This document shows positions 14,424 through 27,289 of a stretch of DNA of 64,000 nt, piece by piece. Source of the stretch: the human T2T-CHM13v2.0 reference genome, Homo sapiens; the NCBI RefSeq assembly GCF_009914755.1, contig NC_060945.1. One strand, 5' to 3'. Below the pieces are notes generated by a model. The model did no database searches. It was not told the origin of the DNA and was given only the letters and a program-made list of their open reading frames with translations. Numbering within the stretch: position 1 is the stretch's first letter; the number at the start of each line of letters is the position of its first letter. Position numbers and translations under genes: made by a program.

Positions 14424-15842
14424 TTCTCGTAGCCTCACATGCATACATTTATAGTTCACCTTCTCTTCTCTCTACCATGTTCTCTTTACCAGGCTAAGCC
14501 AGCAATGGAAAAATAATAGGAACGAGTGGCCCTTCAGCAAGAACCCATGAAGACCAGCCTATGTTTTCCATTTTGGGCCAGGAAGTAGCAGGAGACTTAC
14601 ATCCTGTGCTGTTAATATCAGATCCTCTCGGTGGTGCTTGCTCGCCATCCTGGAGCCGTGGAAGTGGGTAGTTTGCAATGCACCACGCCATTGTATACAC
14701 CCTTTCCTTCTAATCATCCCAGCCAGTGAGGTGACCTGAATCGGCCTCCTGGGACCAAGCAAGGGTGGATTATCTATGTGGTCAGATTTCGTGCCTTCAT
14801 AACTACAAACTTACTGGGACTCCTTACCTCACCTAATTATTTAAAAAAAAAGTCAACAAATAAATATTTTGCCTATTATGCTATTTAGTAGAAGAGAGAC
14901 AAAAGATTCACTCGGATTAGATTTTTTTTAAGCCTATCAAAACCACCAACACAAAACAAAAGCAACATGCCCCAACCAGATTCACAATGAAACACACAGT
15001 AGTTATTTTAGTCAGTAAGATTCAAAAGTGGTGCCTGAATTCTTTAGAGAATCTATGGATGATCTCCATGGCTCCCCACCCTTAGGGGAATGAGCTCTCT
15101 GTAGACAGTAAGGAGGTTGGGAGCAACCCTCATAGTGCAGGTGTTTCTGACTCATCATAGCAACAGACAACCTACAACGCTAAAGTTGTCTAAGATAAGA
15201 TTGTTAATATATTTCTTGCCCTAAAGAGTCTGTTGAGGTGAAATCAGTGCTCAGTCATCACAAAGAGCATAGATATATCTCTCCAAATGACCGTGAAGTA
15301 ACATTTCATGAGGTAGCCAATATTATCTCGTCAAAACCAGCAGCGTCTTCATTCTTCCCTCTCCGTTTATGTACTCTTTTACCCACTCTCTTCTCATCTC
15401 CAACCGGTTTGATTTTAAACTCAGAGACTGAATGATCAGCTGACTAGACCCATAACAGGAAGTCCATCATTGCAATAATGTAATAACAAATTATCAAGAA
15501 TCACAAAAGACATCAGAGTAATAAAATGGAAAGGGCATTCATTTTGGCACTCAGGATAATTTTGGAAACATTCTGGTGAATTACAAACTTTATTTTATTC
15601 TTAGAACGCAACCAGATTGAAGATTTTAGTAATGTAGCAAGCAGCCATATGTCTTCATGGCTATCCAAATTTTGAATAAATCTTCCTGGCACCTATTATG
15701 ATATTTAGATATCCGAAGTTGTTGATATTTAGATTTTAGATGTTTCCAATATTTGGTCATATTAAACATTAAACAGTTTAAAATTTTCTCCTTATCATAT
15801 CAGAACTACCATTCTAAAAACCTGACCGTGAATAGATGGTAG

Positions 15843-16215
<373 letters not shown>

Positions 16216-16496
16216 ATTTTAAATTTTTTCTTGATACGTAATAGTTGTACATATTCTGGAAGTAGATGTGATATTTTGATACATGTATACAATGTGTAAT
16301 GATCAAATCAGGGTATTTGGGATATTCACCTCAAACATTTATCTTTTCTTTGTGTTGGGAACATTGCAGTTCTTCTCTTGCAATTATTTTGAAATATACA
16401 ATAAATTATTGTTAACTATAATTTCCCTACTGCACTATTGAATACTAGAACATATTCCTTCTAACTACAGTTTTGGTTAAAGGGTACAAAAACACA
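16216..16496 (-). mobile_element. L1MA 3' end, 5'-truncated, with a short inverted terminal segment
   Basis: tgatacatgtatacaatgtgtaatgatcaaatcagggta...ttttgaaatatacaataaattattgttaactata. Confidence 0.85.
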
Positions 16497-16554
16497 CACG
16501 TATATTATAGTATGTATATGATATATAGCAATATATTATATATATAAAATGTAT

Positions 16555-16945
16555 TTTTTGTGACCCATGATCTGACACGTGATCTCTGTCTGTAGAACAG
16601 AATACTAGAAATTGGAACCAACCTAGAAAACTATAGATATACATTTTATATATATGTGCAATGTATTTTATATATAAATAAATTATATAAATATATAATT
16701 TATATATGCATTATATATGCAATATATAATTATTATATAATGTATATATAGTACATATATGTATATATTATGCAAACTATAGATATTACATTATGTATAT
16801 TATATATGTTGCATTTTACATATAAAATATATGTTTTTCATATATATATATATAATGCAACATCTATAGTTTTCTAGGTTGGTTCCATTTTTTAGTATTC
16901 TGTTCTACAGACAAAGATCATGTGTCAGATCATGGGTCACAAAAA
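16555..16945. repeat. 84-bp inverted repeat with AT-rich (TA)n spacer
   Basis: 16555-16638 versus reverse complement of 16862-16945: 80/84 identical, no gaps. Confidence 0.97.
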
Positions 16946-17118
16946 TTTATTCAGAAAACATATTCTTTCAAGCCTCCTAGGTCAAGCTCAGCCTTTAGGG
17001 TGTGAAGGTCTGGGATCAGGCCCTGGTCTAACTTCTCTAATGGACTTGCTGTATAGTTCCTAGCAGTTACTTAAGTTCAGGGCTTCAGTTTTATTCTAAC
17101 ATTTCAAAGATAAGGACG

Positions 17119-17436
17119 GGCTAGGTGCAGTGGCTCACACCTGTAATCCCAAGGCTTTGGGAAGCCAAAACTGGAATATTGCTTGAGGCTGGGAGTTCAA
17201 GACCAGCCTGGGCAACATAGCTAGACCCCATTTCTATTTAAAAATAAAAACTATTAAAAATTTCCCGGGTGTGGTGCATGCTCCTCTAGTCTTAGCTACG
17301 TAGGAGGCTGAGGCAAGAACATCACCTGAGCCCAGAAGTTTGAGGTTACAGTGAGCCATGATCGAGCCACTACATTTCAGCCTAGGTAACAGAACAAGAC
17401 CCTGTCTCTCTCTAAAAAAATAAAAATAAAAAAAAA
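17119..17436 (+). mobile_element. AluJ
   Basis: Diverged dimer with J-type attgcttgagg...gggcaacatag; A-rich tail. Confidence 0.9.
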
Positions 17437-18641
17437 GATGTACACTTAGCTTATGCACTTCACAGGATTATTCTGAGAAACAATGGAAAAACTCTAAGTG
17501 AAAGCACTTTGGAATCCGTGATCATTTCACAAGTGTTTGTTTCTTTGTCCACATTTGTATCTATCATTTAGAGGGTGAGAGTGGTTGAATTCAAATAATT
17601 GTTCGGTGGAGTATTTGTTTTTCATGTGTTTTTCATTTGTTTTTCATAATGTTAATGTGATGCAGAGCGAAAAGTAAAGAAGGGTCATTCTAATCACAGG
17701 TTCAAAATAATTTCTGAAAAGACAAAGATTCTATTTTAAACATTTAATAATGCATTGCAGATGCCTAGTAAATGTTAGCCAATTTTTAAATTTTTATAGA
17801 ATAATCGCATATCTAAAATTTAGGTTAATAAAGACAGTTTTAAAAAATGTGTTTCACCGTGACAGATCAAACACAAGGGGGCGTCTTCTACATTTGTTTT
17901 AAAAGATTTCCTGATGCAGTCCACATACAAAATGGTTTTCATTCGAATTGCATGTGACAGAGCATACTTACTAAAATTTATTAGTTCCAAATATTACATT
18001 CTCTACACATGACAATTTTCACATTTGATGCATAAAATACTCTCCAGAGTGAGTTTATAACTCCGTTTTGGCTTAAAAATAATCATATTTTGTGACTTAA
18101 ACTTAGAAAATTCTAACAAAAAGAATAACATTTACTAGACAGTACGTAAATACTCTGAATTTTAAGGCTTTAAAAAAATAAATCTACCCAAAACTTTAAA
18201 ATGTCTCTCTCTCATCTATCCCTTTTCCCTATTTTGCCCAGCTATTGTGCAAACCCTAGTTGTCTTGACAGGTTCAGAGGACACACAGTTTGACTTAAGA
18301 AATGACCAAGGCCTTGGAAGGGGAAATATACAATCACAATCCTCTTAGGTATGGGGTATGTAAGGAGCAAGTTTTTAGAAAACACACAAAGGTTGAGTTG
18401 TATTAAAAAAAAAAACATAGGCTTATCTTCTGCCTTTCATCTGGAACTTTGGGATGGATAGAAGTAAACATTTAATCAGAGAAAGATAAAGTGTGTGTGT
18501 CTGTGTATGTGTGTGCGTGTGTATGTGTGCGTGAACCCACATGCGAGAGTAGTGTCGGTGGTAAGTGCTATGAAATGAAGGTCAATGAGACAGGGCTTGT
18601 GAATTAAGGCCTTTGTTAAGGAAGTTAAGAAAGGCCTTTCT

Positions 18642-19111
<470 letters not shown>

Positions 19112-19253
19112 TCAGGGAGCTGATTAGGTAGGGGCTTGTGGTTTTTTGTAAGGACTTGGCCTTCACTCTGCATAAAATAAAAAGGAAAAACAGAACCTAA
19201 TGAATGGTTTTGAGGAGATTATTGACTTGATCTGACATTTGCTTTTTAAGGTA

Positions 19254-19553
19254 CTGTTGGTCCTTTGCATCTACTAGGTTCGTATCCATGGATTTAGCTA
19301 ACTGCAGATAAAAATATATGAAAAAATCCAATAAAAATAACAACATACTAGTACAAAATTATAGAAATAAAACCAATAAAACTTAACAACTATTTGAATA
19401 GCATTTACATTGTATTAAATATTATAAGTAATCTAAAGATGATTTAAAGTATGAGGGGATGTCTCATAACAAATACTACGATTTTGTATAAGGGACTTCA
19501 GCATCTTTGGATTTTGGTATGGGAGGAGAGTTCTGAATGCTGAGGGAAGACAG
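19254..19553. mobile_element. Tigger3a/MER7-like DNA transposon
   Basis: acaactatttgaatagcatttacattgtattaaatattataagtaatctaaagatgatttaaagtat core; TA at both ends. Confidence 0.85.
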
Positions 19554-20339
19554 TATTATTTCAGATCAAGTGCAGTGAATTGATTCCACGAAGATGAAAC
19601 CCATTAAAACACTATTCCAAAGTTGCAGGTAAGGAATGATGGTGACTTAGACCAGATTAGTAGCAGTGGAGGTGATGAGAAGGAATTTGAATTCTGGATA
19701 GAGTCAAAAGGGCTTGTTGATAGATTAGATGTAGAAAGTGAGAAAAGTAGAGGAGTCAAGAATGACTCCAATGTATTAGTCCCAAGCAACTGGAAAATGT
19801 AACTGCCATTCACACAAATGTGGAAGACTGTGGGAGAAACAGATTTGAAAGGGAAGATAAGGACTTTGGTTTTTATGAAATGGCTAGTAGGCATTCAAGC
19901 AGAGATATTAAATAGACAAATAAACATATGAGTTGGGAGTTTGAGGATGAGGCCAAGCCTAGAGATTTAAAAAAGGACTCAATTATGTAAAGAATGAATT
20001 TACAGTCATTAGGCTGGATAAAGTCCTCCAGGATATCAGGACAGGAACAACAACAAAAAGGTCTTAGTGCTTGAAAGATTAAGAGTCCTGCAAAGAACAC
20101 TAAAAATAATGGATCATTGAGATAAGAGAAGAATATTTTAAAAAGTATCCCAGAGACAAAGTGACAAACGTAGTTCAAGGAGAACATAATAATAAGTGAA
20201 AGAAAATGTGTCGGATTAGTCAAGTAGGATGAAGACTTAAAACTTGGGGATCAGTGATGAACTCTTCCAGAACAGTTCTGGAGTTGTAATGTGAGAAAAG
20301 TCAATTATAGTGGGTTCACAGGAGTGCAAGAGTTCTTTT

Positions 20340-20548
20340 AACAGAAACATAGTAGACCAAATATCCTGAAAAAGTCTTCAAATGACCTAAAACATTGATA
20401 AAATATGAGATATGACAAACATTTTAAAAATTTTATGGTGGACTGACAAGAAAGTAAGAGTTTTCTTGAGAGCCAACAATTTTTTAAAAAATTGAATCAG
20501 AGGTAAGTGCTGAAGACAATAGCTGTCTTGGAAGCATTTACTTGGTGG
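20340..20548 (+). mobile_element. L1ME 5' region fragment
   Basis: Resembles L1MEc/d/f 5' ends (gactgacaagaaagtaag...gaggtaagtgctgaag). Confidence 0.45.
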
Positions 20549-20678
20549 TTTTTCTTTCTTTCTTTTTTTTTTTTTTTTTGAGATGGATTCTTGCTCTGTC
20601 GCCCAGACTGGAGTGCAGAGGCATAATCTCAGCTCACTGCAACCTCCGCCTCCCGGGTTCAAGTGATTCTTCTGCCTC
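20549..20678 (-). mobile_element. Alu right-arm fragment
   Basis: T tail plus gagatggattcttgctctgtcgcccag...tctgcctc, then an abrupt end. Confidence 0.92.
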
Positions 20679-21124
20679 TGCATGTAACTAATAATATAAC
20701 ACTGCAAAAATAATTTGACAAATCCACTCTTATTTTGAGAGTTCTTTTTTTTTTAACAAAAAAGTCAATAGGGATGTGGAAGATTTGAACAGTTAAGAAC
20801 CTTGAGCTAGTCAACATATACATTGAACACCGTACCCAATGGTTAAATCATATATGTTTATTTTCTAAAATACATTTGTAAAAATTGACCTTATATGAGA
20901 ACATGAAGACGTTTTCAACAAATTTTAAGGATTTGATTTTTTACACACCCACATTTTTTAACTATAATGCTGTTAAGTTAGATATTGATAAGAAAAATAT
21001 TAATAATTAGCTTGTATGGTTAAAGTTTAAAAACCAACTCTTGTGTCAAGAAAAAAATTATAGGATAAAATAGAAAATGCTTAAAACTCAATAATAATAA
21101 AAACGTTACACATGTGCTAAATAG

Positions 21125-21169
21125 TGAAACGAATGAAACAAGTGAAACAAATGAAACAAGTGAAACAAA
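21125..21169. repeat. 9-bp minisatellite, 5 copies of TGAAACAAR
   Basis: tgaaacgaa tgaaacaag tgaaacaaa tgaaacaag tgaaacaaa. Confidence 0.9.
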
Positions 21170-21254
21170 GTGAGAACTGTTCATACAAGGTAATGTGTAG
21201 CCTTAGATGCTTAGAAAAATAAATGAGTAAACCAAACATTCAGTTACAAAATTA

Positions 21255-21468
21255 CTCTGAGTTTCTCAACAGGTGTGTTATTGGTCTTTGGGGAAAAACA
21301 ATTCTTTGTTGAGCAGGAATGTCCTACGCATTACAGGATAAATACCACCCTAGGCTTCACCCGCCTAATGCATATTGCACTCCAGGGTTATTGTGAAAAG
21401 ATAAAATACCTGCACACATTTTTAAATTCTACCAAGTAGGTGATGCTACCTCCAGTTGAGAACCACTG
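21255..21468. mobile_element. MER20/MER20B-like hAT-Charlie element
   Basis: tttctcaac...caattctttgttgagcaggaatgtcctacgcattacagga...ccagttgagaaccactg. Confidence 0.75.
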
Positions 21469-21954
21469 AATTAGACAAAGAACAAAAGACTAAACCCAGA
21501 GACAGACATGTGAGATAAGAGCAAAAATAAAAAAGAGTGAAAATTAATGCACAAAAATGATAAATTACAGGGGTCCAAAAACCAAAAGTTGTTTCTGGAA
21601 AAGTACTACTAGTAAAATTAGTATGAAAATTTGATCAAAAGAGATTTTTTAAAAAGAAATCAATATAAAAAGCAAAGCAGTCTACATAACTGTAGACTCA
21701 GTAGAGATTCAAAAAATAATAAAATGATACTATGAATAGTGTAATGCCACTAAATTTGAAAAGATAAAATAAAATATATATATAAATATACATATGTACA
21801 TACATATGTATCTCATATATATAAAATATGTGTGTATGTGTCTTTATAGTCAGGAGGAAATAGAAGATACAAATGTTCCTAAACCAATTTGAAAAGTTGA
21901 ATTTGTATTTTTAAACTTTCTTACCAATAAATAATTTGCCCAGACTATTTTTAG

Positions 21955-22280
<326 letters not shown>

Positions 22281-23054
22281 ACATATATAATTTATATGCA
22301 ATTTCCAAGAGGTCTGAACAATAAGAACATCTCTCCAACTCACTTTATGGAGCTGGCATGATCTCAGTAACAAAACCAGAAAAGCATAAATGTGAGAAAT
22401 TAAATTATAGGCCAATTTACCCGTGACTGTTATGGCAAAAATCCTGAATAGAATATTGGCAAACCAGGCTGACAAAGTAAATAAGCAAATATATCACAGT
22501 GTTGAGTTTAACCTAGCCGTGCAAGATTGGTTTACGATTAGAGAATGAAAGCATATATATAAAACCATATTAACAGGTAGGGAAAGGTATGTTATTGTCT
22601 CCATAGACATAGAAAATAGTATTTAATAAATTTGACATCCATTTATGATAAAATTACATAAGTACATCATAAGCTGGGAGTAGAAGAAAATCTCTTTCAC
22701 CGTTTAAAGATTATCTATAAAATGTTACAAACATTAATCGTGAAACATTAAAAGTGTTCCCTTTAAATTTGGACCAACACAAGGAAATTCACTACCATTT
22801 TATCTACCTAGTACTGTAATAAATGACTTAGCCAGTGAATATACCTGGAAAACTTATAAGTCATAAGGATTGGTAAGGAAAGCATAAAGTTGCCAGTATC
22901 TGTGCTTTTTATGGTTGTTGATAGCTATATGCACAAACAGATCACCAAAAAGAGAACTTAACGAATATGCGGGAGATGACACCAATACAAAATTAATGTT
23001 GCTAACTAACAGGTAGGAAATGAAAATACAAAAAATAAAAGCTACTATTTCCCT

Positions 23055-23113
23055 TATATCTATATCTGTAAATATAATATCTATCTATATCTATCTATCA
23101 TCTATCTCTATCT
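23055..23113. repeat. Degenerate (ATCT)n/(TATATC)n repeat
   Basis: Direct reading. Confidence 0.7.
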
Positions 23114-23129
23114 AAATTTAGATCTATTA

Positions 23130-24300
23130 GTGTTTGCTTTGTTTCCTTATTCAGCTCCTTAGAGACCAACATTTTTACATTTTAATCTCCTTTGTCTGTG
23201 TTCATATTTGTCACTTTCTTTCAAATCCTTTTCACTATTTCTCCATTTATTTTTGACTACTATTTTTTTTTTTTTTCCTTATCTCTCTCTTAAGTCATTA
23301 AGTTACTTTTTTGGTTTTTGTGTCTCTTCAAACTTTGTCCTCAATTCTGAAATAACTTTTTATTTCTGGTATTTGCCTGAGCTTTGTCAGCTAATTTCTG
23401 AAGTTTTGTGACTAATTTATGTTGCCCATTTTCTTACAGTTTCCTAGCCCATTTTGAATAAGTAAGTTATGGTTTTGATCCATTTTTGGGTGTGTCTGTC
23501 AAGTATGCTTTTATTGCACATAAAGATGTTACTGTGCTTTCTTTTTCCTCAAAATATCTTCATATGGGATTTGATTTTGAGAGCTTTCTGTTTGTCATTG
23601 TGAAATTGATTTTTCTGAACTTTTAAAAGGAGGTAGTGTTTAAGATAATTTTTCTAATTTCACGAGGTCTCTCATTTGGTGTTTTCTTATAATGCTCAAA
23701 AATAAAACAGCAGCTTGTTTTTTGTGAACTTTGTTTCTGTCCCCTTTTCAATTTTATCTGGACCTTTTAACGCCTTCCATGTTATCAGTATGCTGCTCAA
23801 TTTTTATTCCACTTCCACTAGTTTCTCTTCAAAGAGGGCTCTGTCTGGAAGGGAACCCTGGGTTGGTGCATTTCTGCAATTCTTAGAGGCCAGATGGCTT
23901 CAGCTCCTTCATCTTTTTATGGTGTGTCCCTTGCACTCATGGCTATTACACTTGATAAAAACCCTTCCCAGTTTCAGCCACTGTTAGAAAATTGGCCCTC
24001 CCTCCCTGCCTATAAATATCTGCAGGCTGTTTTCAAATGTTTCTCTTCCCAGGTAAGGAAGATACTGTTTTCCCCCACCCTCTACTTCTTCCTACACAAA
24101 TGCTGAAGCCATGAAGTCTTGTTCCCATTAAAGGTTTGTTTTTACTTGCTTGTGTTTTAGGGTTGTCTTGAAATTTTTATTGAAAAATTTGTGCATAGGA
24201 TTTTAAATTTGGAATCTAGTTGTTCTATCTGATTTTAGATGGAAATGCATGGAGATCCAGGAACTATGGATGAATAGTTCCTCTGTCAATGCTATTATCT
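23130..24300 (-). mobile_element. HAL1/L1M-like ancient LINE fragment
   Basis: T-rich degraded segment similar to antisense HAL1/L1M ORF1 and 5' region; boundaries approximate. Confidence 0.5.
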
Positions 24301-24918
24301 GCCCAGAATCATGTCTTTAAGTTTTTCAAGAGAAAAGAAGACTTCATTAATACTTTTTTTCCATGAATGTAATAGTGGAAAATGGTTCAACTTCAAATTG
24401 TGAGCATTTTAATATTGCTGAACTTTTACTATGTGGACCATTTGACCTATTCTTTGTAAGCAAGAATGGACAGAAGAGCTAGGCTAATTTAAGATGAGAA
24501 ACAAAGTAGAGATCATATATCCTTGGCTCGGATTGTTTTCCAAACCCATTTCAGAAGCATTTGAGAGTAACAGCTGAACTGTCATGCCATGCCCTCCCTA
24601 TCTTGTTACTTTGCAATAAAGATGGTAGAGTGGCCTCGTGCTTCCCTAGGAAGAAAGCCACCCCTTGTTGACTGAAGGCTTATAATAACTCAACCCAACT
24701 CTCCAAGACTTCTAATATGAAGTTTACTGTTACACAGAGCAGTATCAGCTTAACTATTCCTAGTAATGTTTTTGCCTTAAACCTGGGACTCTGCAACATA
24801 CATGGAACTCATTACAGAACTTTCATATCTAGAGGACCATCTTTTGGACAAAGTTGCGCAAAGCTCTGACCAGAGCTTTCAAAATTCCATGTATATGTAC
24901 TGTATTAGTCAGCATTCT

Positions 24919-24969
24919 AACACATTCTTGAGATTTTCTTCCTCTAGAACCACTCTCAGTACCAAATTC
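24919..24969 (-). mobile_element. ERVL internal 5' end including the primer-binding-site region
   Basis: Minus strand gaatttggtactgagagtggttctagagg directly follows the LTR end, matching the ERVL internal start. Confidence 0.8.
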
Positions 24970-25044
24970 TGTATTAGTCAGGGTTCTCCAGGAAAGACAG
25001 AGCCAATAGAATATGTGTGTTTATGCTGTGTATGTATGTGTGTG

Positions 25045-25046
<2 letters not shown>

Positions 25047-25090
<44 letters not shown>
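25047..25090. repeat. (CA)n microsatellite
   Basis: Direct reading. Confidence 0.95.
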
Positions 25091-25093
<3 letters not shown>

Positions 25094-25700
25094 GTCCTTC
25101 CTTATCTGCAGGGGAAACATTCCAAGACCCCCAGTAGATGCCTGAAAAAGCAAATAGTACCAAACCCTATATCTCACGTGGATGAATTTCTTTGTCTTTC
25201 TTTACATCTCCACAGATAGAAGGTTGATTCTGACTGTAGATCTCAGCAACCCCAGCATGTGATTTTTTTCCTTTACTTATAAAGTTGAGAACTTTTACAT
25301 TTTCACTTAAATTAACACTTTTTATGGCTTCTCTTTGGCTTATTCGAATTGCCAACATCACAACTGTTGCACCTTGGGACCATTATGAAGTAAAATAACA
25401 GTTTCTCAAACACAAGCATTGGGATACCACAGCATTCAATCTGATAATGGAGATGGCTACTATGTGACTCACCAGTGGGTAGAATACACAGCGTGGATCT
25501 GCTGGACATAGAGATAATTCACACATTCCAAGTGGGACGGAGTGAGACAACACAAGATTTCATTATGGTACTTGGAATGAGGTGCAATTGAAAACTTATA
25601 GATTATTTGTGAAATTTTCTACGTAATATTTTCGGACTACAGTTGATTGCAGGTACCTGAAACCATGGAAAGTAAAACTGAAAATAAGTGGGGTCTACTG
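25089..25700 (-). mobile_element. MER44 (Tigger7 derivative)
   Basis: TIRs cagtagtccttccttatc ... aataagtggggtctactg|ta; ttccaagacccccagtagatgcctgaaa. Confidence 0.85.
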
Positions 25701-26922
25701 TAGATCTATCTCTATCTATCTGTACACATACACACACACCTTAAAATGCATACACACATCCTATGGGTTCTATTTCTTTATAGAAGAAAATTAATTATAA
25801 GGCACTGGCTCATGTGATTGTGGAGGTTGGCAAATCCAAACCTGTGGTGTGGGCAAGCAGTCTGGAGACGCAAGAGAGCCAGTGGTGCATTTCCAATTGA
25901 AAGATTGTCCGACGGAGACCCAGGTGAGCCAATAGTGCGTTCTAATCCAAAAACTCAGCAGGCAAAGACCTAGGTGAGACCATGATGTGGATGAAATCTG
26001 AATGTAATCTACTGGAGAATTTCCCTCTTGCTCAGGGTAGCCAATCTTTTTGTTCAACTGATTGGACAAGACCCACCAGCATTATGGAGAGGAATCCACT
26101 TCCTCAAAATTCACCATTCACCAATTTTAATGTTAGTCTCATCCAAACCACCCTCCAAGTTGACATATAAAATTAACCATACATTCGTCATAGGTTGGTT
26201 CAAACTTTTAGACTAGACATCCTTCTTAGCACCTAACTTGAGACTTAATTAATGAAACAAAAACTTCATAATTCTCAGGGAAACAGTGATTTGTCTTCCA
26301 TTTATAATTGAGTCACTTCTGTGGGGATTCAGGAAAGAATAAGCCAAGAGTGGTTCTCAAATTGCTACCATTCCTGTATTTTCTCTTTAACCCATTGTAA
26401 TTATGTATTTATTTGGGGCTAACACACAGACATGTATGTGATACAACATATTGTGGTTACAGGTTCACTTGATGGTAGTTACAGATTTTTATTTCCTGGA
26501 GAATGAACTCAAATTAATATGCAATGGTGTTATTATATCTTAAATACATTCCAGATCTCATTTTCCATGTTTTATAAAAGAGCTCCCCTTCTTTCCCTAA
26601 ATTTGCATAATTTTCTTATTTTGTATATGCACATTATTTCTGTAAAAAATTAAATCTCTTCTTTTTAAGATTCTCCAAAACAACATAAATTATGTGGTTT
26701 TTTTCCTGTAATCCTTATATATTATTGGCCTGTAATGGAAAGAAGTATCAGTCTGAGATCAAGAAGGAAGGACTGATTTAAATAACAAGCAACGCTGTGT
26801 ACCAATGTAAACATTTATTAAATTCTAATCATTCTTATCCCAGTAATTTACATTCATTTCTTGCATATATGGGTGCTTAATCTGCATGAATTGACGGAAC
26901 AGAGAACTTGTGGTAACAGTAG

Positions 26923-27289
<367 letters not shown>

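Larger units (their letters stand above)
24970..26183 (-). mobile_element. MLT2 (ERVL) LTR interrupted by (CA)n and MER44
   Basis: tgtattagtcagggttctcc ... caagttgacatataaaattaaccataca. Confidence 0.88.

Noticed and set aside
21125-21169. Short regular repeats considered as a CRISPR-like array (also 55775-55969)
   Set aside because: No unique spacers, no cas genes, and the context is mammalian; these are simple tandem repeats.
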